A stretch of DNA of 64,000 bases from positions 35,216,001 to 35,280,000 of the forward strand of contig OX597821.1 of the NCBI GenBank assembly GCA_951406725.2, written 5' to 3'. Positions 13,483 to 27,314 of this stretch are shown one piece after another. The notes under the pieces are model-generated. The model did not search any database, was not told the origin of the DNA, and saw only the letters and a list, made by a program, of their open reading frames with translations. Numbering within the stretch: the stretch's first letter is position 1; every line of letters starts with the position of its first letter. This stretch comes from Octopus vulgaris (taxonomy: Eukaryota). The translations under genes were made by a program, and so were the position numbers.

Positions 13483-13907
13483 ATATATAATATGTGTGTG
13501 TGTGTGTGTGTATGTATACATACACGCACATATATACATACACCCACGTACACATACTGACATACGAATGTTTGAAAGCCCTAATTCACTCCTGAAAATA
13601 TATTCTTTCATGAATAAGAATGGCTTGTTGTTTTTTCTCTTCATCTGCATATTCTATAGTAAATGCGTTCTGTTTCATTACATGAAACAACTGTGAATTT
13701 TCCTTTCTCTATCTTCACTCTATTAAAAATTTCCAGATATTGGCTACGTATGACCTTTCTTGTCATTTTAGATTGGCATTTTCTAACCCATTTGTTACCA
13801 TTGTCTTCAGCTGTTTCACAGTTTCCTTCGTCTCCCCTCTCTCTTCAAAACTTCACTACAGCGTCCGTTTCGTATTTGAATGCAGAAAAGTTAAAGTGAT
13901 TTTGATA

Positions 13908-14283
13908 TTACTCTCTTTTACTCTTTTATTTGTTTCAGTCATTTGACTGTGGCCATGCTGGAGCACCGCCTTTAGTCGAGCAAATCGACCCCAGGACTTA
14001 TTCTTTGTAAGCCTAGTACTTATTCTATCGGTTTCTTTGCCGAACCGCTAATTTACGGCGACGTAAACACACCACCACAAACATACACACACACACACAC
14101 ACATATATATATACATATATACGACAGGCTTCTTTCAGTTTCCGTCTACCAAATCCACTCACAAGGCTTTGGTCATCCCGAGGCTATAGTAGAAGACGCT
14201 TACCCAAGGTGCCACGCAGTGGGACTGAACCCGGAATCATGTGGTTCGTAAGCAAGCTACTTACCATACAGCCACTTCTACGC
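13908..14283 (-). mobile_element. tRNA-derived SINE family B (CORE-like segment, internal TA/TG microsatellite)
   Basis: Reverse complement matches 37824-38234: head TGGCTGT.TGGTAAG...GGTTCAGTCCC, ACCTTGGG.AAG, tail CCAGCATGGCC.CAGTCAAATGACTGAAACAA. Confidence 0.92.
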
Positions 14284-14690
14284 ATTTTTATCTAACATTA
14301 TTTTAAAAAAATGATAGTCGTTTTTCCCAAGTTAACTTCTCACCTTTTTCTAATCAGCAGCTAGTTCCAATTTCTCCCGTAAATCCACGTACGAACCTTT
14401 ACAGTCTTTCTGGAGGGCTACCATTTGTGGCGTGAAACTTATGATTGTCCTTAGATAAAAGATTGTTGATTATCTACGATAGCATTCGCACTCAAATCCT
14501 ACTTCGTTCACCACGTTGGTTTAAAGCTTTAGCACTGGACAGAAAAAAAGTGTAGATAGAAGGACGATTACTCTTTGGACGATTACTCCTTTCATAACGG
14601 AGTGGTCTTTAAAAATACTTTTCTCTTTAGTCTCTATCTTCAGAATCGCTTATCATTTACACATGTTTTGTGTAAGACAAATGTATATTT

Positions 14691-14910
14691 ATTTCTTTAT
14701 TGCCCACAAGGGGCTAAACATAGAAGGGACAAACAAGGACAAAGGGACTAAGTCGATTACATCGACCCCAGTACGTAACTGGTACTTATTTAATCGACCC
14801 TGAAAGGATGAATTGCAAAGTCGACCTCGGCGGAATTTGAACTCAGAACGTAACGGCAGACGAAATACCGCTAAGCATTTCGCCCGACGTGCTAACGATT
14901 CTGCCAGCTC
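14691..14910 (-). mobile_element. SINE family A with Tx1-like tail
   Basis: Reverse complement of the 9238 unit; ends TATGTTTAGCCCCTTGTGGGCAATAAAGAAAT. Confidence 0.92.
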
Positions 14911-15079
14911 ATCTGTATATTATCACCGCAGCAGCGCTGCTCGAAGTCAACATTTTCCAGAATCCAACTCTGTGAAAAGCTTTCTGTTTGCCAATCTATT
15001 CAATAACACTCAGATCCGCACTTGTCCGACTATACTCTTCGATTTAGGCGTTATTGAACAGTAATTCATCTTTAAAAAC

Positions 15080-15900
15080 ACAGGAACAATCAGAGTACCA
15101 TTTCTGACCATTTGGAAACAAGTTTCTTTTTTTCCAGATGTTGATTTATTCTCATGATATTAAGACTTGGTAAGCAGTCAAAAGACACGTTATATGTATA
15201 TACTGCATTTAGGTTATATCATTTCTTTAGTGATAGGATTTTAAATGATTTTTCTCTCCAGTTAATTGGTCGAGTGTTGTCTCTGGCTCCTTCAATATTT
15301 GATTGAACATCTGTTTTCGTGCCTTATGTGCGTCTGTGAAATATATTAATCAGGATTCTGAGATCTTATCTCTTTCTGCTGACTGCTCGCTAATTCTTCT
15401 GGGAATATGAGCTTCGATGATTGTTCACTACAATGCTGCATTTGTAATGAATCCTTCCTTGGCTCTGCTACCATTTCCCCTCTTCTGTCGTTATTGATGC
15501 AGCATAAATTCTATTGTATTTTCCCTTAGTTCTTGATAAAATTGCTTTGGTTTCAAGTCGGACAGTTTGTTTTACTTGAAGAGCCGATTTCTCCTTTTAT
15601 ATCGACGCATTCTTTGCGATTTAGCAAGGGTATCTTGTTTCATACAGTCTTTGGTTTCGGATACTTCAATATTTTTATGCTATATTTCTATAGTATTTCA
15701 TTTTTTTTTCTTTTCAGTTCCATCGAATTTCATAATTGATTTCACTAAAAATTTAGAAATCTTTTATTTAGATATTTCTATATGAGTACTTCTGCAGAAA
15801 TATCCACTGTCCTTTGTAATTTCAGTAGCTGCTTCATTTATTATTTCGTTTAACCTGGTGCTTTTGATGTTCGTGACTATTTCCACTGTGTGTTGGCTAC
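15080..15900 (-). mobile_element. Highly decayed LINE reverse-transcriptase remnant (RTE-like)
   Basis: Minus frames give FPEELAS (cf. LPEEQxGFR), GARDN (cf. GTRDQI) and YNVSFDCL (cf. DYxKAFDCV) in the expected order. Confidence 0.45.
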
Positions 15901-16102
15901 ATTATTGTTATTTATTTCAATACTGAACCAATTTTATAGACGAATTTTATCCACGAAAAGTATTTTTGTTGGGCTATAAGAACTATTTTATTTCAATTAT
16001 TTCATTATTTCATGAATTGTCTCATTTATGATTTCGTCTATTATTCTTTTCCTATTCTTTTCATATTCCCATTTATTTATACTTTTGTTTGTGTTGCTTT
16101 GG

Positions 16103-16394
16103 TCTTCTTCTTCATCTTCTTCTTCTTCTTCTTCTTCTTCTTCTTCTTCTTCTTCTTCTTCTTCTTCTTCTTCTTCTCCATCTTCTTCTCCCCCTCCCCA
16201 TCTTCTTCTTCTCCCCCTCCACCTTCTTCTTCTTCTTCTTCTTCTTCTTCTTCTTCTTTTTCTTCTTCTTCTTCTTCTTCTTCTTCTTCTCCTCCTCCTC
16301 CTCTTCCATCTTCTTCTTTGTTACTGCTTCTTTAATGATGACGATGACGGTGATGATGATGATGATGATGATAGTGATGGTGATGATGATGATT

Positions 16395-16442
<48 letters not shown>

Positions 16443-16462
16443 GTCGTCGTCGTCGTCGTCGT
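16103..16462 (+). repeat. (TTC)n/(GAT)n/(CAT)n/(CGT)n compound microsatellite
   Basis: Directly visible. Confidence 0.95.
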
Positions 16463-16585
16463 TGACGTCCTCATTAAATTTATTTCCAATGATTTTGGTT
16501 CAAATAAAATATTACATTACCCATAAATCAGTCAAACTGTCCGTTTACTTTCTTTTCCCCCTTATTTCTATGTCCATTTTACTTG

Positions 16586-16637
<52 letters not shown>

Positions 16638-16976
16638 TCGGGTATGGGAGACTTATTATTTCCTTTACCGCAAGTCATCGAAAAATTTACAAAGAATGTT
16701 TTTTTTTTCTTCTTCTGTAGATTTCATGAGAAATGCAATATCTGACCATCAAATAAGCGACAGCAAGAGAAGAGGGATTATCTGATGCTCAAAATTTTTA
16801 TTGTGTTCGATATCCATTCTTTTTCTCTTTCGTTGATGTTTTATCGTTTTCGACATTTTATATACAAATACCTTGAGAAATATTCCATCTGCTTTTCTTC
16901 AATAGTCTTTGTTGCATGATATTCTTTCAATAGAGAAGCGCGTAATTCAATTGAAACTGGATAGATGCAGTATTTC

Positions 16977-17093
<117 letters not shown>

Positions 17094-17831
17094 AATATCT
17101 ATCTATTCTCTCTAGCATCTTGCCATCTTTCCCTCTTCCTCTTTCTCTGTTCCCCTGGTTATATATGTATGAATATATTGGCAAAAAGGAAAGAGAAAGA
17201 AGTCGATTCATAGAGATTGCATTTATTGGAAAATAGTTAAGGATTCACTCCATTGCTACTCGAGCTCCATACATTGCACTGTCAAGGTATAATCACGTGT
17301 TCAAGATTGATCAAGATCGAAGATATTCTAAATCGTAGTAGAAGCTCTTAAGTCTGTAAGTCTTTTTGGTTATGGCTGATTGGAACTATTGCAGAGTTAC
17401 AGCTGTGAATGCTCTCGTATAGAAGGCTGATACACAGAGCGAAGTAACTTAGCTTAAATCTATTCTTACTAAGTCTAATCACTCCGACTAACTGACTGAA
17501 ATGCTTATGTGCAGACGACTCTCGTGCGAGCGACATCTGTTTGCAGATATAACAAAAAACATAATATTATAATGAGCCTAGTGTTTTTATATATTTGTAT
17601 ATATATATATATAATAGAAATATTAAATTTTTAAATATCTCAAAGAGATATAAGCAGTGGTGGAACGATAGAGCAGTTGTATACTGTCAACTTAACGTGA
17701 CATTCCCATAAAGGGAATCACACTACTGCTATTTAACCCTAGGAAGCATCAACGCTTCCTGTTGGCCTTGACACATTTCATGTGTCCTTATGTTTACAAG
17801 GGAGAGACAAGTACCCCCATCCAGTTAAGCC

Positions 17832-17876
17832 TGCACCAAGAGACATGTTTCTGAGTTTTGCTCGTCATCTGTCTGG
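17832..17876 (-). ncRNA. Minimal hammerhead-ribozyme motif (Penelope-type, core mutated)
   Basis: Minus strand reads CCAGA CAGAUGA C-GAG-CAAAA-CUC-A GAAA CAUG UC UCUUGG: stem I, near-consensus core, stem II, palindromic ACAUGU and a GUC site. Confidence 0.6.
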
Positions 17877-18157
17877 AGTAGCATGGCTTGCAAGCTGGTT
17901 GAAGATACCTGTCTAGACCTTGCAAACATATAAAATTTCAGTGAAGTAAATTCAATGATCACAGAAAATAGAATAGACAGGTATCTTTAACCAGCTAGTT
18001 TTTGATCAGATGATCGTAAAAATAACTTTCACTTTGATCAATTGAGGAACTGTCGGTAGTGTCAAATTTGTAGCTGGTACTAGGCTCTGATAGCAACTAT
18101 TTCCAAATCGATGCATTTTTTAGGGTTACCAGTTCTATCTACGACAACTGTGGCACA

Positions 18158-18378
18158 TACTACAGCCTCGGGCTGACCAAAGCCTTGTGAGTGGATTTGG
18201 TAGACGGAAACTGAAAGAAGCCCGTCGTATATATGTATATATATATATATATGTGTGTGTGTGTATGTGTGTGTTTGTGTGTGTATGTGTGTGTGTTTGT
18301 GGTGGTGAGTTTACGTCACCGTAAACTAGCGGTTCGGCAAAAAAGACCGATAGAATAAGTACTAGGCTTACAAAGAAT
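18158..18378 (+). mobile_element. SINE family B internal fragment
   Basis: agcctcgggctgaccaaagccttgtgagtggatttggtagacggaaactgaaagaagcccgtcg. Confidence 0.9.
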
Positions 18379-18455
18379 GATCATACCATTTCACCTGTCG
18401 TAAGTCTTAAGTCACTGATTTTCCTCATTCAGAAGGAGGAGAGAGAGAGAGAGAA

Positions 18456-18495
<40 letters not shown>

Positions 18496-19509
18496 TATGT
18501 GTGTGTGTGAGCGTGTATATATGTTTGTATGTTTAGGAATCCAACTTGTAGGTGTGTTTCACTCAATACCTGTCTTCCCACGGGGCTACATTGCACAGGT
18601 TTGAAATTCACTGGCTGATAATTGTGAAATTCAGGCTCTTATTTGACACTGATCCCATGTATTGTAACAGTTTCCTGTCACCTATGTTTATCACCAATTT
18701 TGTTGGCATATACCGTTCCTTGGTCGGTCGTTTCTTAAGACATCTAGTTTCTTAATTTCTTTCTTTCTCTTTTCTCCTATTCCGATGTTGATAGTTTTCT
18801 AATTGCTGCGGGAATTGCAATTTATACCACCAGGCGATATTATTACCGTTTCCAATGATTCATTAATATTAAATTCTGATTCATCAATATCAAATTCCAA
18901 ATTTTATCGTAATTTCGAACTGCAGCCTAGTGAGAATGACGCACGCTATTATCTCTGCTTTGACATAAGGAGTTTTATATGATTGATTCTCCTCTTTGGC
19001 TTAATTATAGTTTCCGTATCCTCTCTATCTTCGTACTATACTGAATGGCAAACGTACATTGCTTCCTAATACTGAAGCTCCAAGCTCCTGTTATTACAGA
19101 TAAATTTCTTCAGCATGGATATTCATCGTCATGGATGCGGAATACACACAACAACATCATTTCGTTGGCTTACTTCACTCATGTCAGTCTATTGCTAACG
19201 AACACCTAGGTACGTTATACCAAACGACGAATTCGTTCATTGGTCGTCAGAGCAGTCGTTATGTTACAGAACAATCAATCATACAAGTAAATTATAAAGG
19301 TGCTGAAGTGAATCACGAGATTCAAACAAATTCTACAGTGAACGTTAAGTACGAACAACCATGTAACGCAAGCTGGACAGCCACACACACACACACACAA
19401 CATTGGCATGTATATTTACATAGACATCATACAACACTATACAGAACATTGTTATTTTGTAATACTTTCGGATAAATAATATTCATACTGCATGCAATTC
19501 TAAAATGAA

Positions 19510-19626
<117 letters not shown>

Positions 19627-19689
19627 CATTTCCTTCTCCCTGTAAACATTTCTTTTCTGTTCCACTTTCTTCTATCTTTCCACAGTATT

Positions 19690-19895
19690 TTTGTCTGTGT
19701 ATGTCCCCACTACCGCTCGACAACGGTGTAGGCGTGTTTACATCCACTTTACTTTGCGGCTCGACAAGAGACACCGATGTAATAAGTGCCAGATTAAAAA
19801 AAAATTAGTACTAGGTCGGCTTGCTTGACTAAAATTCTTCACGGCGGTATCCTAGCATGGCCGTAATCAGATGGCTGTAACCAGTAAAGGTTAAG
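19690..19895 (+). mobile_element. Degenerate SINE family B 3' half
   Basis: gtccccac...gacaacgg...gtgtttacatcc...ggcggtatcctagcatggccg. Confidence 0.7.
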
Positions 19896-19957
19896 AAAAC
19901 ACACACACACACACACACACGAGAGAGAAGCGGATATGTGAAATTGAGTGGATCAGA

Positions 19958-20047
<90 letters not shown>

Positions 20048-20439
20048 TACTTAGGCTAAATGATTAGGATTGAGAAGCCTAAAAATAGACACACTGAAAT
20101 AATGCATCGCATTAACGATGACAAGAGAAGCGGTTATATATATTGGTTGAAGTGAAAGAGAAGGGAGCAGAAGTCAGAAAGATGGGAGTCTTAATATAAT
20201 TGCATGCGTTTGCCAATAAATATATATAATAGTCATACAGGTATATGTGATCTCTTGAGCACCACCACCAAAAATATTTTTTCCTCTGTCTTCCCTTCTT
20301 GGGATCTTTCCTTCTCCTTGTTTCCGACGAAGAGCTCCTTCCCTTCTTTCCTGAGCGTCAATAATACTTTAATTGTTCCACGTCCTCGCGTTGCTGTGTT
20401 TTTTTCTCTTTTTTTCTGTGTTTTCTTGTTTGGATTAAC

Positions 20440-20517
<78 letters not shown>

Positions 20518-20554
20518 CTCCTACTTCTTCCAATTTGTTTTTCGTCTCCTTCTT

Positions 20555-20800
20555 CCCTACCAAGAATTCACAAGGACCTCGAACCCGCAAGAGTAAACAA
20601 GAGAGACAGAGACAGGCAGAAACAAGGAAAATGCCACTTTTATTTGAACACTATACAAATATTCTTTAAAAAAAACTTTTCTTTTAATTTTTCTAAATTT
20701 AATTATTTAATTGTTACAATTGAAAAAGTATTAATGACTGAAACCGGTACTGAAATGTTTTTATAAAATTATTTTAGCATATTCTATCTTGACATTTTTT

Positions 20801-20835
<35 letters not shown>

Positions 20836-21234
20836 TTATAACACCTACGCTAATTCTATAAACAAGCCTGTCAATATAAATATTCTCCTGAATTGAACTG
20901 AGACTGCCAGCCGCCACTGACCATTCAAAATACGACCATCAGGGCACTCCCAGATTCTCCCACCCCCTTTCCTCACCAGCCTTCCCTCTACTACCCTACC
21001 AAGAACTCACAACTACCTCGAACTCACAAGTGCAAACAAGGGAGTCAGAGAAAGGCAGAATGCCACTTAAATCTGAACACTACTATAGAAATATACTTTT
21101 AAAAAAACTTTTCTTCTAATTTTTCTAAATTTAATTATTTAATCGTTACAGTTGAAAAGGTCTCAAAATGACCGAAACCGGTACTGAAATGTTCACTATA
21201 AAATTATTTTAGCATTTTCTATTTTTTACTTGTT

Positions 21235-21240
<6 letters not shown>
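20555..21240 (+). mobile_element. Penelope-like terminal repeats: two ~250-bp direct repeats, each with a minimal hammerhead motif
   Basis: 20555-20803 is similar to 20994-21240, and each copy is followed by (TA)n. Hammerhead motifs at 20717-20752 and 21149-21186 (TTGAAAA-stem II-GAAACCGGTA). Confidence 0.7.
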
Positions 21241-21310
<70 letters not shown>

Positions 21311-21311
21311 C

Positions 21312-21343
<32 letters not shown>

Positions 21344-21427
21344 TATATATGCGTTTGCAAATAAATCATGCATGCATATTTACACATGCATATGTGTAAA
21401 CATGATCAAATGTACTCACAAATACAC

Positions 21428-21480
<53 letters not shown>

Positions 21481-21718
21481 ATGTACAAATTCCTCTCTAG
21501 AATAAATAGCATATTTTTATCAAGAATTTAAGTTTATCTGCAATATCTTCTATCTTCTTAGCTTATACTTTTGTTTCTTATTCTTCCGCCATTTCTTTCG
21601 CCATTATTTTATTTCTCCTCTGTCATCTTAGACGGGATAAAGTATTTGAGTCCGTCTATATTTAGGCTGTTTGATTCTTATCTAAGACTGTTGTCCTGTC
21701 TCTACTATCTATATTTCG

Positions 21719-21801
<83 letters not shown>

Positions 21802-21802
<1 letters not shown>

Positions 21803-21872
21803 CCCAAAAGAAAAGCTCTGCCTTGTAACTTGTCCCATCTGTGTGCAGCCCTGTGTGGCCAATAAAGAAACT
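21802..21872 (+). mobile_element. Tx1 LINE extreme 3' end inserted in (TATC)n
   Basis: aaaagaaaagctctgccttgtaacttgtcccatctgtgtgcagccctgtgtggccaataaagaaac matches 30840-30905; (TATC)n on both sides. Confidence 0.9.
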
Positions 21873-21889
21873 TATCTATCAATCAATCA

Positions 21890-21961
<72 letters not shown>

Positions 21962-21987
21962 GTCTGTCTGTCTGTCTGTCTGTCCGC

Positions 21988-22068
<81 letters not shown>

Positions 22069-22448
22069 CAACTATCTACCCAATTGTCTGTCTGTCTGCC
22101 TATCTATATATTTTCTAGTATGTGTAGACCTCAACTAAAACATCTCACCTAGCCAGCAATTTATTTTTTATATATTATTTATCTCTCAATTTATCTGTCT
22201 ATCTGTCAGCTCTTCTATCTTTCGCATCTCCATCTCAGTATCAACTTCATTCAAACAAACAAAGTCTGCCCACACTCCTCACCACAACGGAAACGAAGAT
22301 CCCAGAAAACCGATAAACATTCACATCCAGCAAAATGATAGTTGAAGGTCACATAACATTTTACTCATGAGGCTTCGGACGCACCATATGTTTCGACTAA
22401 AACCAAATACCATATGAAATCATCAAACCTTCATATACCCTCCATACT

Positions 22449-22678
<230 letters not shown>

Positions 22679-23034
22679 CATACCTAGAAAAAGAAACTAC
22701 AAACATATTTCCTTTAGATACATCTTATTCAAGTTCCGCGAAGCTGAAAATAAATGTTCTGAAAAAAAAAAAAAAGGCAAGACAAAAAAGAAAAAAAAAG
22801 AACAAATGTAAAAGAAAGTTCTAAAAGGGTATGGCTTTGTTGTATTCCTGGAGAGTAAGATTCATTCATGTAATAGCAAATAGGATTCTACTACATCTGT
22901 TCACCAGGTTCAGAAATCCCAAATGATCCTAATTTCAAGAGCTTCTCTAGAGTAACTGCCATCCCATCTGATAAAGTATTTTTTGAAAGCTACTCATTGA
23001 TAGCAGAATACATACATACACACAGACACATATA

Positions 23035-23114
<80 letters not shown>

Positions 23115-23351
23115 CATATATAAATATATATATACATGCACGCAAACATACATATATATTATATATATATGCATATTTATATACACGCTTATATATGCAT
23201 GTGTTTGTCTGTGTATCTATCTATGTATCTACGTACGTTTATGTGTACGTATGTATGTGTGTATATGTCTGTCTATCTATCTATCTGTCTATCTATCTAT
23301 CTGTCTATCTATCTATTTACCTATCTATCTATCTATCTATCTGTCTATCTA

Positions 23352-23401
23352 TTTCGTCCATTTTTATTCTGTGTTTAGCCCTGTGTGGCCACAATAAAAA
23401 G

Positions 23402-23402
<1 letters not shown>
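23352..23402 (+). mobile_element. Tx1-related 3' end fragment in (TATC)n
   Basis: tctgtgtttagccctgtgtggccacaataaaaag flanked by TATC arrays; matches the Tx1 and SINE A terminus. Confidence 0.75.
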
Positions 23403-23477
<75 letters not shown>

Positions 23478-23486
23478 TCTATCTTC

Positions 23487-23547
<61 letters not shown>

Positions 23548-24318
23548 ATGTCCGTCTGTCTGTTTTTCTGTCTGTCTGTATGTCTCTCTGTCTGCCTGTC
23601 TGTCTGTCTATCTAATGTGAATGTGAGAGTGCTCGTTGAAATTCTGCCCATCTCTGTCACTCTGAATCACTCTGTCTCTTTCTATCTCCATCTCCACACA
23701 TATTTATATATGGATGCAGAGGTGGCTGGGTGATTAAAGAATCCTCTTCGCAAGCAAATGATCCTAGGTTCAAGGCAAATAATTCTGGTTCTCAGAAGGT
23801 CTCAGGCAAGTAGATTCTAGTGTGAACTGGGGTGGACCAATAATCGGTGAGCGAAATATAGTAGAATGGTGTAAGTAGAAAGCATAAGTCGAAAGCGTAA
23901 TGGACTAAAAGTTTGGAAGGACGTGCCCAAACATTGACTGACACAAGTGAAAGAATGCCTGAAGCATGAAAACGGCAGATATTTCTTTAAATGAAGCATG
24001 TGGAGAGATTGGTTTTTAACTAGGAAGCAAAGTTCCAGTGATGTCATTTAGAAAATGAGTACTAAGAGGTTTCGGTTATTTGCCTTCCGATTGCAATGCT
24101 CATGACAAAACTAGTATTTTAAAATGTATCCAATTTTGTTTTTAACTTTAGCCAGGCGGTTCGTTGATGTTGAGTGAGGTGAGACTTGTAGGTATTGGCA
24201 ACAGTCGGTCATTCAGGAAAAAATAAAACAAGAAACCCCAGGCCTCTACGATTGAGAAGACCTTCCTAGATCAAGCTATGCAGACCTATAACAGACGACA
24301 ATGATCATTAGTGTATAA

Positions 24319-24594
24319 GTATGTATGTATGTATGTATGTATGTATGTATGTATGTATGTATGCATGCACGTACGTATGTACGTATGTATGTACGTACGT
24401 ACGTATGTATGTATGTATGTACGTATGTATGTATGTATGTATGTATGTATGATTGTACGTATGTATGTATGTACATATGTATGTATGTATGTATGAATGT
24501 ATGTATGTATGTATGTACGTATGTATGTATGTACGTATGTATGTATGTATGCATGTATGTATGTATGTATGTGTGTAGGTATGTATGCATGTAT
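24319..24594 (+). repeat. (TATG)n microsatellite
   Basis: Directly visible. Confidence 0.95.
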
Positions 24595-25003
24595 GAGTGT
24601 ATACATGTGGACATATATATATATATATTATATATATATTTAAATGCATATATTTATGGATATAAAGACATATATGTGTATACAGACATACTTACATATG
24701 TATATGCATACGTATATGTGTGCATATATAGGTACATATATCTAATATAATAAATTCGAAAACTACTTTCTGTGTGTTACACTTTGTCCCCCACTCACTA
24801 TTCTGTGACACTTCTACTATTGCTCATGTTGGGGTGAGAGTAATAGTAGGCATAGAGACGGCGAGGGCAGTGAGGAAGACAGAGAGAGTGAGAGAGAGAG
24901 AGAGAAAGAAAAGAGAGGGAGAGAAACAGAGAGAAAGAAATTTAGGGAGAGGTGATGATGTTTTATTAAAATTAGTGGTGTTGATGGTGGCAGTGGTAGT
25001 AAT

Positions 25004-25047
<44 letters not shown>

Positions 25048-25645
25048 AGTGGGTGTGTGAGGGAAAGAGGAACTGAAGACTGAACATTGAATACCTTAAC
25101 ACACTTATTTAGCCTTTTTGTGATGGTAATAGTATGAGCTGTAGTTGCGATAGAGACGGAGGCGGCGGAGATCATGGTGGTGGTGGTAGCGGAGGCGGTC
25201 AGGGATGACGGTGAGAGTAAGAGATATAAAAGACAATGGTAATGGTGGTGGTAGTGGTGGTGGTGGTAGTGGTAGGCAAATCAGGGATGACGATGAAAGT
25301 AAGGGATGTAAAAGATAGTGATGACGGTGGTGGAGGGGAAGGCGGCGAAGTAAAAAGTATTGATGGTGGTGGCGTAAGAACTGTGAATGGTGTGTGTATG
25401 GCAGATGTGGTGGCCATGATGGTGGTACTGTTGTTTATCATGCAGCTTTGCAATAAGTTCCAAGTCGACAAATTATATCATTGTTTTGATGTAAATTGAT
25501 CATTGCTTGAAAGATATTGTTCAAGTTTAATACAATTTAATATGAACTCAATGCATGAAGTATCATTTTTGGGCCCAATGCTAATGAAAAGACCTCCACA
25601 GGAGGGAGCTTAAAAACCGCCCCACGGGGGGAGGGACCTTTTGAG

Positions 25646-25717
<72 letters not shown>

Positions 25718-26338
25718 GTGCGTGTGTGTATGTGCGCGCACGCCTGTGTGTAATATTCGAGATTATAATTCACACTTGTGTTCCACATAATTTCTCTACC
25801 ATGGGTGTGCACTGGGTCCAATGAGACTGAGTATATAAGACAAATGATGTCTATCATATGGTTGCTTTTAACTAAGAACTAGTTAGAAATTTGTTGGCAT
25901 ATAAACAAGATTGAGCGTATTTATATTTTCAGAAGAATGCTTATAGATTAAAGAATGTAGCTATCATCTTATAGCTACACTGAAAGGGGAAATTGCAGCA
26001 AAGATTTACTAACTTCTCTTATTGTCCATCAGAAGCAACATCAAAGTGAAGGCAGCACCTGCATCCCAAATCTATAAGACCCAATAAATAAATAGTATGC
26101 TTCACTTTTTAAAACAGTTAACATACATCTGCACAAAGCACACTATTTGGTTGCTTTAGTCAAGAAACATTTACAAAATCTCAAATTACCGAATATCATC
26201 TTAAAATGGATAGACATATCGTACAGGTTACTTAGTTTCAAGAATTGACATGGGCAAAATAACAAGAACAAGAGCAACAACATGATGTTATTCTTGTCAT
26301 CATCGAAGAATAGTTTATATTCGAATGGCTGTATTAAC

Positions 26339-26584
26339 CTCTTTCTCTGTGTTGGTTACATCCAAACGCACTGCTGAAATTTAGCTTGTTCGAAGGTAGT
26401 GAACACCTGCTTTGCGATGTATTTCCCAAATGCATTTCTCTCATGATGTCTTGTGGGTATTTAGAGTTTAAATGTTTATACGAAGAAGCAGAAGGTTTTT
26501 GCAATTCTGTAGCAAGCTTCGTATCAAATTCGAGAAAGTTCGCAGTGGTCAACCTTACCATGGTCACCACCCCAAAAGTAAACG
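26339..26584 (-). CDS. Candidate internal exon of an unidentified host gene
   Basis: Acceptor gttttctttcag|, 246 nt open (xFTFGVVTMVRLTTANFLEFDTKLATELQKPSASSYKHLNSKYPQDIMREMHLGNTSQSRCSLPSNKLNFSSAFGCNQHRER), donor AG|gttaat. Symmetric phase 1-1, in non-repetitive sequence. Confidence 0.5.
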
Positions 26585-27014
26585 CTGAAAGAAAACAAAC
26601 TGCTATGTTAATGGAAAATACTGACGTTCACACGAACACAGATACATACAAACACGTATGCATTCACGCACATACATATATATTGAATTAGAAACTTCAA
26701 AATTTTGGAACTCTTACTCAGAGTCTCATGGCTCCGAATTCATGACATTATTTAAGAAAGACGTTTATGCAGCAATTATAGATAATTTCTCTTCACTATA
26801 GTATGAAGATCGGAAACATGAAACTCGGAGTAAGAGGTAGTGGAATTTTCAGCTTTAAATAAATAGAGTACACAATTCAAGTGTATTCAAAGTGTATTCA
26901 ATCCCATGGTTTTCTCCTTAATAATTCATAGTTTGTTGCATATATACATACATGCAGATAAATATAGATGTAATATATACATAGCTATACATATACATAT
27001 ACACAAACACACAA

Positions 27015-27049
<35 letters not shown>

Positions 27050-27080
27050 TAATTAATTTTATTGTATCGCATTTATCTTT

Positions 27081-27143
<63 letters not shown>

Positions 27144-27196
27144 AATATATATATATATACGTATAGTATATATGTATATATATATATATATATGAA

Positions 27197-27230
<34 letters not shown>

Positions 27231-27239
27231 CGTATAGTA

Positions 27240-27281
<42 letters not shown>

Positions 27282-27314
27282 TACTATACGTATATAGATG
27301 CCTATATGCATATG

